From Dehalococcoidia bacterium (lineage in GTDB: Bacteria; Chloroflexota; Dehalococcoidia; UBA6926), in the NCBI GenBank assembly GCA_965243495.1, contig CBDEUZ010000007.1, forward strand, positions 1,511,743 through 1,575,742: a stretch of 64,000 bases of DNA. The letters are read 5' to 3'. Within the stretch, counting starts at the first letter, position 1; each line of letters opens with the position of its first letter. A program made the position numbers and the translations under genes. A model generated the notes under the pieces. That model saw only the letters and a program-made list of their open reading frames with translations. It was not told the origin of the DNA and searched no databases. Shown piece after piece: positions 1-9,540 of this stretch.

Positions 1-1
1 C

Positions 2-1438
2 GACACGCTCAAGAACGTGACATGGTGGCGCGACGATTTTGCGTCCAACTCTCTCGACGAAACGCTCGACGCCGTTGACGTTGAAGCCATCGAAAACTGG
101 GGAATCAGACTACCCGATGACGCCCGCTACATGGGTCTGTGGGTTCGCAGTGCCGAACAACCCGATCCTCGCTCCAATTTGGCCGCCATCGTTGAAGACG
201 GCAACGGCCGCTACTTCACCATGTTCATGGGCACCCTCGAGAGCACGGAATGGACATACAGAGAAGCCCCGCTCCAGCCGATTCGCAGATTCTCTTTCCG
301 CCGCGCCGTCCCCACGATTGAACCCACCGGGCCCTTCACCCTCGTCTCTCTCCAGATTGTGCAGCGCTCCCGCTCTGAGGGCATGTCCGCCGGCGCATTC
401 TACATCGACGAGATCATGACGCGAACCGCGGCAGAGGGTTCTGAGCCGGCCTCAGTGCGCCGATTTACCAACAAGGATGATCTGGCCATAATCCAGATCG
501 GCCCGCTAACCCGCACGGATTCTCTGCAGCTGCTCGGCGGCGCAGGACGTGACGGCGGCCCCTCGCTGCTCTTTAGTTGGGGGGCAACGACGGCATTCGT
601 TCAACGCGGTTTCTACGCCGGCCCGCAGACCTATGAACTGCCGATGCTCGTCAGCCCGGGTATCTTGCGCGCATCCGGCCTCCGCGTCGGTGACACCCTC
701 GATATTGGAAGCGGTAGCGCACGCGTCCCAGGCACAATCGTTGGCGTCGTGGACTTCTTCCCCACCATGAATCCGACCGAAGGCGCGGGCTATGTCATCA
801 CGGAAATCCAGGGGTTCTTGCGCCACCAGAATCTTGTCGGGCAGGGGCAGGAAGTTCAGGCGAACGAGGTCTGGTACAGGCTCGATGAGGGTTTGGCAGG
901 TGAGGAACGGGCTGAGGCACTGCAGGGCATGATGGAGTCTGTCGCAGCAAGCCAGATCATCGACCGCGAAGAGTTGATCGCCACCTCGCAGGCAGACCCA
1001 CTCGTGGCGGCGGGGTGGGGCGCCTTGCTATTAGTAGCCTATGGCGCAGTGCTCTTCCTGGGTGGAACGTGCTTTGTTGCTCACTCCATCCTGACGGTCG
1101 GTGAACGGGGTAGGCAATTCGCCCTGCTCCGCACGCTGGGCCTCAACGGCCCGCAGATCCGCGCCGTGGTCTGGTTTGAGCACATGTTGGTTGTCGGCAT
1201 CGGAATCGGAGCCGGATTCCTGCTGGGACAGAGAACGGGGGCGCTCCTGATGCCATTCCTTGACCGGACGCAGGACGGTGTTGCCGTATTGCCCCCGTAC
1301 ATTATCGAGACCAGCGCCGTCTCCATCGGCATCGTCTACGCGCTCATGGCCGCCGTGTTCATCGCCGCCACGGCATTCGTCGTGCGCATGTACAATACGC
1401 TAGCCCTCGGCCAGACACTCCGAATCGGGGAGGACTGA
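2..1438 (+). CDS. ABC transporter permease, FtsX/MacB-like (5' partial, continues upstream of window)
   Basis: The reading frame is open back to nt 2; the track ORF begins at the first GTG at 17. The C-terminal ~120 aa has three closely spaced TM helices typical of the FtsX domain, preceded by a large soluble domain. ABC ATPase genes lie directly downstream. Confidence 0.6.
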   Translation, partial: DTLKNVTWWRDDFASNSLDETLDAVDVEAIENWGIRLPDDARYMGLWVRSAEQPDPRSNLAAIVEDGNGRYFTMFMGTLESTEWTYREAPLQPIRRFSFRRAVPTIEPTGPFTLVSLQIVQRSRSEGMSAGAFYIDEIMTRTAAEGSEPASVRRFTNKDDLAIIQIGPLTRTDSLQLLGGAGRDGGPSLLFSWGATTAFVQRGFYAGPQTYELPMLVSPGILRASGLRVGDTLDIGSGSARVPGTIVGVVDFFPTMNPTEGAGYVITEIQGFLRHQNLVGQGQEVQANEVWYRLDEGLAGEERAEALQGMMESVAASQIIDREELIATSQADPLVAAGWGALLLVAYGAVLFLGGTCFVAHSILTVGERGRQFALLRTLGLNGPQIRAVVWFEHMLVVGIGIGAGFLLGQRTGALLMPFLDRTQDGVAVLPPYIIETSAVSIGIVYALMAAVFIAATAFVVRMYNTLALGQTLRIGED

Positions 1439-1453
1439 GGAGCAGTCATACTG

Positions 1454-2362
1454 ATGACAATGACCAATCACAATCGCCCTCGCGATGTCCACATCATCTG
1501 TAGAGACCTGTTCAAGATCTACAAAGCGCAGGATCTTGAAGTAGTCGCCCTGCGTGGGCTTGATTTTCAGGCGGCGCGCGGCGAAATCGTCGCAATCGTG
1601 GGCGCGAGCGGAAGCGGCAAATCCACCCTGCTGAACATCCTCGCTGGTTATGACGCACCTTCCGCCGGCGATATCCGGGTCGGTGACCGTGATCTACTCG
1701 TCATGCGTGGGCGCGCTGTGGAATCCTATCGCCTCCGTGAAGTCGGTTTCGTCTGGCAGCAGACGGGTCGCAACCTTGTTCCCTATCTCACTGCGCGCGA
1801 AAACGTCGAACTTCCCATGTTGCTCGCAGGGGTTGGTGGCTCGGAGCGCCGTGCCAGGGCAGAGGAACTATTGGACGCCGTCGGCCTTGCTGAAAGAGCG
1901 ACCCACCACGCGAATGAGCTGTCCGGTGGTGAACAGCAACGCGTCGCCATCGCCATCGCTTTGGCGAATCAGCCTGACCTGCTGCTTGCTGATGAGCCGA
2001 CGGGCGAACTCGATACGGAAACCGCGCGAACAGTCTTGAATCTCTTTCAATCACTGCGAGACCGCTACGGTACGACTGTCGTCATCGTGAGTCACGACCC
2101 GGAGATTTCCAACTTCGTCGACCGCGTCATCATCATCCGTGATGGCCGCGCGAGCGCCGAGATTGTTTCACTGCATTCCTTCAGGCCGACCGAAGAGAAC
2201 GGCTCTGCTGAATCACCTCGTGAATACATCCTTGTCGACAGCATGGGTCGATTACAGTTGCCGCGAGAACTGATGGACCGTGTGCGCCTGCGGGAGAGGG
2301 CGGTGGTGACCGTTGATGGGGATCGCGTCGTTGTGACTCCGTCGGAGTCGGGTGAGTTCTAG
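1454..2362 (+). CDS. ABC transporter ATP-binding protein with ~80-aa C-terminal extension
   Basis: Walker A GASGSGKST, ABC signature LSGGEQQR, Walker B LLLADEPT, H-loop SHD. The 4-nt gap to the next gene suggests an operon. Confidence 0.85.
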   Translation: MTMTNHNRPRDVHIICRDLFKIYKAQDLEVVALRGLDFQAARGEIVAIVGASGSGKSTLLNILAGYDAPSAGDIRVGDRDLLVMRGRAVESYRLREVGFVWQQTGRNLVPYLTARENVELPMLLAGVGGSERRARAEELLDAVGLAERATHHANELSGGEQQRVAIAIALANQPDLLLADEPTGELDTETARTVLNLFQSLRDRYGTTVVIVSHDPEISNFVDRVIIIRDGRASAEIVSLHSFRPTEENGSAESPREYILVDSMGRLQLPRELMDRVRLRERAVVTVDGDRVVVTPSESGEF

Positions 2363-2365
2363 CCG

Positions 2366-3100
2366 ATGACCAACATGTCACGAGACGGGGCGGGGCCGGC
2401 CATTCTTGCCGAGGCGCGCGGCGTCGAGCGCATTTATACGCTGGGAGCGGAGCGCCTGCACGCTTTGCGCGGCGTTGATATGCAGGGCGCGGCAGGGGAA
2501 TTCATCGCGCTCATCGGCCGTTCCGGCTCCGGCAAGACCACCCTTCTGAATATCCTCGCCGGACTTGACCGTGCTACTGCCGGAGAGGCATTTCTGGCCG
2601 GCCAACAGCTAAACGGACTCTCGGAAGAAGGCCGCGCCGCGCTGCGGCGGCAGCACGTTGGCATCGTCTTCCAGTCATCGTCACTTATGCCGTTGCTCAC
2701 GGCAGCAGAGAATGTTGAACTGCCGCTCCGCATATCCGGCTGGTCACGAAGGGACCGTGAAGAGCGCGCCCGTGAAGCGCTGGATCGGGTGGGGCTGTTG
2801 CACCGGATGCGGCACCGGCCCTATGAACTCTCCGGCGGCGAACAACAGCGCGCCGGTATTGCCCGTGCAATCGCGTCTCGGCCCTCCGTGCTCATTGCAG
2901 ACGAGCCGACGGGAGAACTGGATTCAGTTTCGGCTCAGACCGTCTTTTCCCTCTTCAGGAGCCTTGTTGAAGAAGAGAAAGTCCTCATCATTGCCGCCAC
3001 GCATGACCGCGCCATCATGTCAGCGGCGGACCGTGTCCTCGAACTGCGGGACGGACTCTTTACCCGAGAATCAACCCCCGAGCGCGAGTCTGTGCAGTAG
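2366..3100 (+). CDS. ABC transporter ATP-binding protein (second ATPase of the operon)
   Basis: Walker A GRSGSGKTT, signature LSGGEQQR, Walker B VLIADEPT, THD H-loop. Confidence 0.85.
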   Translation: MTNMSRDGAGPAILAEARGVERIYTLGAERLHALRGVDMQGAAGEFIALIGRSGSGKTTLLNILAGLDRATAGEAFLAGQQLNGLSEEGRAALRRQHVGIVFQSSSLMPLLTAAENVELPLRISGWSRRDREERAREALDRVGLLHRMRHRPYELSGGEQQRAGIARAIASRPSVLIADEPTGELDSVSAQTVFSLFRSLVEEEKVLIIAATHDRAIMSAADRVLELRDGLFTRESTPERESVQ

Positions 3101-3114
3101 TAGTCTCTCTCGTT

Positions 3115-3993
3115 TTACCCCCGCGCCGCTGCTACCATCTCCGCGATTACGGGCAGGTCCTCCGCCCGACGGTACGCAATCATCAACTCATCCACGCCGA
3201 ACGACTCCATTCGCTGCAGGTGGTCCCGCAGGCCTGCCGCATCCGTGAACACCAGCTCGGCCGCTAGTTCTTCATAGGTCGCCGTGTTCGGTTCGCGTCC
3301 GCAGAGTTGCTGCAGGTTGAAGTTGCGGCCGAAATTCGTCACCCACCACTCGCGCACCTCTGCGGGCTCCACATAGCCGAGCGTCGTTGTGACTTCAAAG
3401 TCAGGGTTCTTTGCGGCCTTTTTCGCCTCTTGCGCCGTGCCCAGCAGGGTGGGGTTGCTCGTATAGAGATGAACGCCGTCCGCCGTGTCGAGGGAAATAT
3501 CAAGCCAATAGCGGCTCATGGACGCGATGGCGATGGAGATGTGCTCCTGAACCGGCTGCACACGCTGCGAGACCTCTCTGAACGTGAACGCCACCCCCTC
3601 CATGCTCACCGTCTCGCCCGAGAGCAGCCCGTTGATGATCGTGATCGCCTCTGTTACGGCCTCGTCCGGTCGATCGGCGTCGATGCTCGCTATATACGGA
3701 CGTGAGCCCCGACCAATCGAGAGATCGACCCGTCCCCCGGAGAGCTGATCAAGCGTCGCGGCACCGTGGGCGATGACGGCGGGATTCCGATGATACGGCG
3801 CCATGACCCCGATGCCGATTCTGGGTTTCGTTGTATATGCCGCCGCCAGTGCCGCCGTCGTCCAGACTTCCCACTGCGAAAATGCCGCGTCCGGAACCCA
3901 TATCCTCTCGAAGCCATAGGAATCGTAGTCCTTGATGTAATTCACCAGGTCTGTGACGGGCGTTCGGACGGCAAGCTCAACACCGATGCGCAT
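3115..3993 (-). CDS. LLM-class (luciferase-like) flavin/F420-dependent oxidoreductase
   Basis: The N-terminal MRIGVEL.. TIM-barrel start and overall length match luciferase-like monooxygenase family proteins. Confidence 0.6.
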   Translation of the reverse strand: MRIGVELAVRTPVTDLVNYIKDYDSYGFERIWVPDAAFSQWEVWTTAALAAAYTTKPRIGIGVMAPYHRNPAVIAHGAATLDQLSGGRVDLSIGRGSRPYIASIDADRPDEAVTEAITIINGLLSGETVSMEGVAFTFREVSQRVQPVQEHISIAIASMSRYWLDISLDTADGVHLYTSNPTLLGTAQEAKKAAKNPDFEVTTTLGYVEPAEVREWWVTNFGRNFNLQQLCGREPNTATYEELAAELVFTDAAGLRDHLQRMESFGVDELMIAYRRAEDLPVIAEMVAAARG

Positions 3994-4033
3994 ATACGTA
4001 GAACCTCATTTCCTGAATCTGTTTGACTAGCGT

Positions 4034-5359
4034 GTGCCCTGTGGAATTGGCCGTCAAGCGCGTGCGTCTATCATTGAAGGGAACGATAGTAGAACAGCAG
4101 GAGGACAACCGCGAGTGATCGAGGATATTCTTTCCGACTTTCAAACGATCCTGGATGATCCGGGGCCGTTCTTGCAGTTCATCGTTGTATGGGGCGGCGG
4201 AGCGCTGGTGTTGATGCTTGCCGTCTGGTTGGTGCTGCCGCCGCTTGTACGCGGTTTGCTCCGCTCCCTCGATCGTGTTTTCCCGGGCGGATTCGAATGG
4301 TTGCAGGCGGATCTGAGTTCGATGATCGTGAGGGCCGCATGGCTCATCATCGTGATCGCTACAATCGAAATTGCCGCGTCGTTCGCGCTCGGCTATTCGT
4401 CGCTCGCCAGAGGGTCGATGTCCGCGGCAGGGCAGTGGGTGTTGGAATCAGCCCTCGAAAATGCGCTGCCCGTTCTCCTCATCGTCATCGGTGGCATTAT
4501 CACCATGCGCGTCGTCACCTTCAGCGTTCCCCGCCTGGTTGAATCCAACATCCGAGCCCGGGCGAATGTCACTCTTGAAGAGGAAATCCAGAAGAACATT
4601 GACACCCTCTCGGATGTCGTCGTGGGAACGGCGCGTACAGCCATCGTGTTGCTGACCATCTTTCTTGCGCTCAGCCAGATTGGCGTCGACCTCGCGCCGC
4701 TCCTTGTCGCTGCAGGCGCGATTGCGGTCGGCGTCGGATTCGCCGTCCAAAACCTCATTCGCGATGTTCTCGGCGGCATCTTTATCACGCTCGAAAATCA
4801 ATATCGCATTGGTGATGTTGTCAGCATCGCCGGCATCGCCGGTCTGGTTGAAGACATCAATCTCCGCCGCACGCTCCTACGCGACCTTGACTACAAGCAG
4901 CACACAATCCCCAACGGCACAATCACCACCACAACCAACTACACGAAAGACATGTCCCGCGTGAACATGAACATTGGCGTGGCCTACAAGACAGATATTG
5001 AGCATGCCTTTGAAGTGCTGAACCGGATCGGGAAGGAGTTGGCGGAGGAAGAGGAATGGGCCCCCGTATTCCTTGAACCCATCCAGGCGCTGCGCATCGA
5101 TAACTTCGGAGACTCCGCCATTGAAATCAAGGTTCTCGGCGAGGTTCTGCCAATCCGTCAATGGGAGGTTTCGGGCGAGTACCGGCTACGCGTCAAGAAG
5201 GCCTTCGATGAAGAGGGCATCGAGATACCGTTCCCCCATCGCACGCTCTACATGGGCGATGCCTCTCCGGAAACCATCGGCGTGCAAGGCGCCATCATGG
5301 AGGCTCAGCAAAGCACAGCACGTGCGGCGCCCCCTGAGAGCAACGCCTCAGACTCGTAG
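4034..5359 (+). CDS. mechanosensitive ion channel, MscS family
   Basis: N-terminal TM helices followed by the conserved MscS core (IGDVVSIAGIAGLVEDINLRRTLLRDLDYKQHTIPNGTITTTTNY). The true start may be the internal GTG near 4116. Confidence 0.8.
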   Translation: MPCGIGRQARASIIEGNDSRTAGGQPRVIEDILSDFQTILDDPGPFLQFIVVWGGGALVLMLAVWLVLPPLVRGLLRSLDRVFPGGFEWLQADLSSMIVRAAWLIIVIATIEIAASFALGYSSLARGSMSAAGQWVLESALENALPVLLIVIGGIITMRVVTFSVPRLVESNIRARANVTLEEEIQKNIDTLSDVVVGTARTAIVLLTIFLALSQIGVDLAPLLVAAGAIAVGVGFAVQNLIRDVLGGIFITLENQYRIGDVVSIAGIAGLVEDINLRRTLLRDLDYKQHTIPNGTITTTTNYTKDMSRVNMNIGVAYKTDIEHAFEVLNRIGKELAEEEEWAPVFLEPIQALRIDNFGDSAIEIKVLGEVLPIRQWEVSGEYRLRVKKAFDEEGIEIPFPHRTLYMGDASPETIGVQGAIMEAQQSTARAAPPESNASDS

Positions 5360-5395
5360 CGCCAATCCCGGAGAGACAGGCACACAATTAAGGGC

Positions 5396-6196
5396 ATGGC
5401 AGAGCCGCTCAAAGAACACTGGCCGGAGATCAAGGCCCACATTCGGGCCGTCGACCACGTCCTCATCGCCTCCGACTTTGACGGAACCCTGTCGCCTATC
5501 GTCCCCCGCCCGGAGGACGCTTACATCCTTCCGGAATGCGCCGACGCCCTCAGGCAGCTGACTGAGCAGCCCGGATACGCAGTCGCGATCGTGAGCGGGC
5601 GCGCGCTTGAAGATGTTAGAGAGCGCGCTGGCCTGCCGAATGCCATCTACTCGGGAAATCACGGAATTGAGATTGCCGCGCCCGGTCTGGCTTTCGAGGA
5701 CGATGGTGCGGAACAAGCCCGCCTCCTGATGGTGGATCTGCGTCGAGCGCTTGAGCCTGCCGTCAGTCAAATCAGAGGGGCTTTCGTCGAAGACAAAAGT
5801 GTGAGCCTCAGCGTCCATTCCCGTATGACCCCCGAAGAGTTGGAACCGAGAGTGCGGGAAATTGTCCGTGACGCGACGGCGGACGCGGTCGCTGAAGGCA
5901 AAATCACCGTCGTGCAGGGCAAGAAAGTGCTGGATATCCGTCCCGCCGCCGCCCGTGACAAAGGCGCGGCCCTGCGATTCATCATGGACACGCTGCTGCG
6001 AATGTCAGAAACGCACCTCTTTCCCATCTACATCGGGGATGACACAACGGACGAAGACGCTTTTCGGGAAATCAATCTCTCAGGCGGACTCTCCATTCTT
6101 GTTGGCGGCCCTGACCGCGATACCGCCGCAACGTACCGGCTTGATTCGCCCGTTGATGTAGCCGTGTTTCTAACGGACTTGGCAAACGCGCAATAG
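5396..6196 (+). CDS. otsB: trehalose-6-phosphate phosphatase (HAD-IIB)
   Basis: HAD motif I (VLIASDFDGTLSP) and a C-terminal ..YIGDDTTDEDAF.. motif; size and pattern fit OtsB. Confidence 0.75.
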   Translation: MAEPLKEHWPEIKAHIRAVDHVLIASDFDGTLSPIVPRPEDAYILPECADALRQLTEQPGYAVAIVSGRALEDVRERAGLPNAIYSGNHGIEIAAPGLAFEDDGAEQARLLMVDLRRALEPAVSQIRGAFVEDKSVSLSVHSRMTPEELEPRVREIVRDATADAVAEGKITVVQGKKVLDIRPAAARDKGAALRFIMDTLLRMSETHLFPIYIGDDTTDEDAFREINLSGGLSILVGGPDRDTAATYRLDSPVDVAVFLTDLANAQ

Positions 6197-6261
6197 CGCG
6201 TCGCGCCGTGCGATTCGCTATGATTGTCTCGACGGTAGGGGAAGAGGGACAGGACTGGGCT

Positions 6262-6720
6262 ATGGACGCTTCAGAAATCATGTCAAGCCGTGTGTACACC
6301 ATTCGCTCCGACGCAACGGTTGTCGATGCCGCTAATGTCATGCTCGATCACAACATCAGCGCCCTGCCTGTCCTGAATGACCGTGATCGTCTGGTTGGCA
6401 TCATGAGCCACTCAGACTTCTTCCTGATGCCCATCAATGACCCCGCGATGCGGGGAACGGTCTTTGAGATTTTTGGCAACATCTTCGTTAATCGGGAAAA
6501 CATAGGTAACCTGCATTCTGTCCTCTCCAGGACTCTCGTCTCGGATGTGATGTCCACGCCCGTCGTGACCGTCAAAGAGGGCACACAAGTGGAAGAAATC
6601 GTTAGCATCATGTACCGGCGCCGCCTCAAGCGGCTTCCCGTCGTCCGTGACGAGAAGCTCGTCGGCATTATCACCCGCCACGACTTTGTTCGGCTGGCTG
6701 CAACAATCGGACGGGAATAA
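6262..6720 (+). CDS. CBS domain pair protein
   Basis: Two CBS motifs (…ISALPVLNDRDRLVGIMSHSDF… and …RLPVVRDEKLVGIITRHDF…). Start chosen at the ATG that has a GAAGAGGGA RBS upstream; the track ORF starts earlier at 6208. Confidence 0.75.
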   Translation: MDASEIMSSRVYTIRSDATVVDAANVMLDHNISALPVLNDRDRLVGIMSHSDFFLMPINDPAMRGTVFEIFGNIFVNRENIGNLHSVLSRTLVSDVMSTPVVTVKEGTQVEEIVSIMYRRRLKRLPVVRDEKLVGIITRHDFVRLAATIGRE

Positions 6721-6724
6721 GAGG

Positions 6725-8269
6725 ATGGCAACCACCATTACGCGCGGCAAGTACGTCCTCGTTCGAGCCGATCTGGCAGGCGATAGCACAGTCCTGACCG
6801 ATGGCGCAGTAGCGCAAACCGATGGGCAAATAGTCGCAGTCGGCTCATATGACGATCTGCGTGCCCAATACCCGGACGCCGATATCGTTGGCAACGGACG
6901 CCAATTCCTTATGCCCGGCATGGTCAATGCTCACCACCACGGCCGCGGTCTCTCCGGCCTCCTCCTTGGCCAACCGGACGGCGGCTTGGAGACGTGGATC
7001 AACCATGCGTGGGGTCGTCGCTCTGTTGAGCCGTACAACATGATGTTGATTACACTCCTCAACCTCATCCGCTCCGGCACCACGACGGTCATGTTCAACC
7101 AGTCCGCCACGCCCCGCCGCATGGTCTGGGATGAGGCTCAGGCCAACCTGCGTGCCTTTGATGAGGCCGGTGTCCGAACTGCCTTCTCCCTCGCGTTCAA
7201 GAACCAGTGCTACCTCGTGTACGGTAACGATGACGATGTGCTGAATAAAATGCCGGATGACCTCGCGAGCGGCGTGCGCGGCGTGATCGAAGGCTCCATC
7301 CTCTCCGATGAAGACTACTTCGCCATGACGGCGGATCTCATCCGCGACTACCCCGTCGATTCAACCAACATGGTGCGCGTCCTCTACAGCCCGCAGAGTT
7401 ACCACTGGGCTGATGAGGATACGCTGGCCCGCATCGCGGAAGTGGCCCACACGGCGGATGTCGGCATCCACACACATTGCGTCGAGAGCTACTATCAGCG
7501 GCTGTACGCCGAGCGCCTGCACGGGCAGGGGCAGACCCCCACCCGCCGCCTCTATGAACTTGGATTCCTCGGCCCCAAGGTGTCCTTCGCACACGGCGTC
7601 TGGCTGACAGAGGATGACATCGCCCTGATGGTTGAAACGGGCACCAGCCTCAGCCACAACCCAAGCTCCAATCTGCGCCTCCGCAGTGGCATCGCCCCCG
7701 TCCTTGAGATGCATCGGCAGGGCGTCCATGTTGCGCTTGGAACCGACAGCACATCCATCAACGATGATGACGACCTGTTCCAGGAAATGGCGCTTGCGAT
7801 GCGCCTGCACCGCCCGCCGGGTCTGGACGTTCCCAATCTCACATCGCATCAGGTCCTCCACATGGCCACCCTCGGCGGCGCGTATGAGACCACATTTGGC
7901 GAGGACATGATCGGCTCACTTGAAGTTGGCAAGCGCGCCGACATGGTCCTGCTCGACTGGGATCGCATCTCGACTCCGTACGTCGCTGAGAACCTCGATG
8001 TCCTGGACGTGCTCGTATCACGCGGCCGCGCCTCGGACGTGGAAGGGGTCATCGTCGAGGGCAAGACCATCCTTGAAGACAAGCAGTTCAAGACAATCGA
8101 CGCTGTTGGGGTCGTAGAGGCCGTCCGCGAAGAGTTGAGTTCCTCCGAACCTGAGGACCTCACGCGCCGGCGTGACCTCGCTGCCCGCCTGGAGCCCTAC
8201 CTCCGCGACTACTACGCAGACTGGCACGTCCCTGAGCAGCCCATGTACCACTACCAGAGTTTGGGGTGA
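6725..8269 (+). CDS. amidohydrolase-family protein (chlorohydrolase/aminohydrolase-like)
   Basis: Metal-binding HxH (MVNAHHHG) and a downstream HTHCVES histidine, as in amidohydrolase_1 enzymes. ATG at 6725 has an AAGAGGA RBS; the track ORF start at 6647 overlaps the CBS gene. Confidence 0.7.
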   Translation: MATTITRGKYVLVRADLAGDSTVLTDGAVAQTDGQIVAVGSYDDLRAQYPDADIVGNGRQFLMPGMVNAHHHGRGLSGLLLGQPDGGLETWINHAWGRRSVEPYNMMLITLLNLIRSGTTTVMFNQSATPRRMVWDEAQANLRAFDEAGVRTAFSLAFKNQCYLVYGNDDDVLNKMPDDLASGVRGVIEGSILSDEDYFAMTADLIRDYPVDSTNMVRVLYSPQSYHWADEDTLARIAEVAHTADVGIHTHCVESYYQRLYAERLHGQGQTPTRRLYELGFLGPKVSFAHGVWLTEDDIALMVETGTSLSHNPSSNLRLRSGIAPVLEMHRQGVHVALGTDSTSINDDDDLFQEMALAMRLHRPPGLDVPNLTSHQVLHMATLGGAYETTFGEDMIGSLEVGKRADMVLLDWDRISTPYVAENLDVLDVLVSRGRASDVEGVIVEGKTILEDKQFKTIDAVGVVEAVREELSSSEPEDLTRRRDLAARLEPYLRDYYADWHVPEQPMYHYQSLG

Positions 8270-8360
8270 GCCGACTAGCGCGCACAAATCGGATAGACCC
8301 CGGAATCACCAACTGCAATCATGTCCTTGAACCAACTGAAAACAGCAGTGGGGTAGGGAC

Positions 8361-9449
8361 ATGACAGCAATAGCCGAAAGAAACACCCAGCCGGACGTCC
8401 TTGCAGACGAACGATGGCAGGCCATCTGCAACCATGATGCGGCCTGGGAAGATGCCTTTGTCTTTGGCGTCAGAACCACCGGCGTCTACTGCCGAACAAC
8501 ATGCCGAGGCGCGCCCGTCCTCCGTAAGAACATCGAGTTCTTTGAGGCAATAGCCGACGCTCGTGCCGCCGGATACCGCCCCTGCAAGCGATGCCGACCT
8601 GACGAGGGCGGCCCCCACGCCCGCGCCGTCACTGTCGTCACGCAAGCGTGCGAACTTATTGATGCCAGCCCCGATGAATTACTGACAGTCGCCGTGCTTG
8701 CCCGGCACATCGGCGTCACCGATCACGCTCTCCGCCGTTCCTTTGAACTAGTGCTCGGCATCACTCCGCGCCAATACGCCGAGCAGCGGCGGCTTGAGCG
8801 ATTCAAGGACGACGTTCGGAACGGCCATGACGTCACATCGGCGCTCTATAACAGCGGGTTCGGCTCGGCCAGCAGACTCTATGAATCCTCAGACGCGCAT
8901 TTGGGCATGACACCGGGGCAGTATCGGCGTGGAGGGGCAGGGGCGATCATCTCCTATGCAATCGTTGACAGTCCACTTGGTCGTCTACTCGTTGCGGGCA
9001 CGGGAAAGGGTGTATGCCGAATCTCCATCGCTGATGATGACGAGTCTCTGGAATTGGCGCTGAGAAAAGAATTCCCTCAGGCAGAGCAATCCAGGGATTC
9101 TGGCCAACTGAGTGAATGGCTGAAGATCGTCGCTCTTGCCGTGGGTGGGGAGTCGACGGATGCAATCGTTGAGTTGCCGCTGGACGTGCGCGGGACCGCT
9201 TTTCAGCGCCGCGTCTGGGAAGCGCTCCGCCGCATCCCTCGTGGTGAAACCCGGACCTACTCTCAGGTCGCGGAGGACATCGGACAGCCGAGTGCCACCC
9301 GCGCTGTCGCCAACGCCTGCGCCAAGAACCCGGCCCCTATCGTCGTCCCATGCCACCGCGTTGTGCGAACTGACGGAGGCCTCGGCGGCTACGCTCTCGG
9401 TGTCGAACGCAAGAAGAAGCTCCTCAACCAGGAAGGTGCGATGGAGTAG
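8361..9449 (+). CDS. ada: bifunctional Ada: methylphosphotriester-DNA methyltransferase/AraC-type regulator + O6-methylguanine-DNA methyltransferase
   Basis: N-terminal Ada Zn-Cys cluster (CRTTCRG…CKRCRP), central AraC HTH, and the C-terminal MGMT active site IVVPCHRVV. Confidence 0.85.
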   Translation: MTAIAERNTQPDVLADERWQAICNHDAAWEDAFVFGVRTTGVYCRTTCRGAPVLRKNIEFFEAIADARAAGYRPCKRCRPDEGGPHARAVTVVTQACELIDASPDELLTVAVLARHIGVTDHALRRSFELVLGITPRQYAEQRRLERFKDDVRNGHDVTSALYNSGFGSASRLYESSDAHLGMTPGQYRRGGAGAIISYAIVDSPLGRLLVAGTGKGVCRISIADDDESLELALRKEFPQAEQSRDSGQLSEWLKIVALAVGGESTDAIVELPLDVRGTAFQRRVWEALRRIPRGETRTYSQVAEDIGQPSATRAVANACAKNPAPIVVPCHRVVRTDGGLGGYALGVERKKKLLNQEGAME

Positions 9450-9504
9450 TGCCGCCACTTAGCGTTCACGCCGGAACGCGGCTTATCATCTCGATTGACT
9501 TGGC

Positions 9505-9540
9505 ATTGCCGGAACGCGAACTTGAGCCGTAGCGCAGCTA
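9505..9540. repeat. family-D REP-like element
   Basis: ggaacgcgaacttgagccgtagcgcagctaccgcc, between the convergent ada and MFS genes. Confidence 0.7.

Noticed and set aside
2658-3248. 196-aa ORF overlapping the second ABC ATPase in another frame
   Set aside because: It lies entirely within or overlapping a well-supported CDS, has a low-complexity Pro/Ser/Arg-rich translation, and is typical of GC-rich off-frame ORFs.
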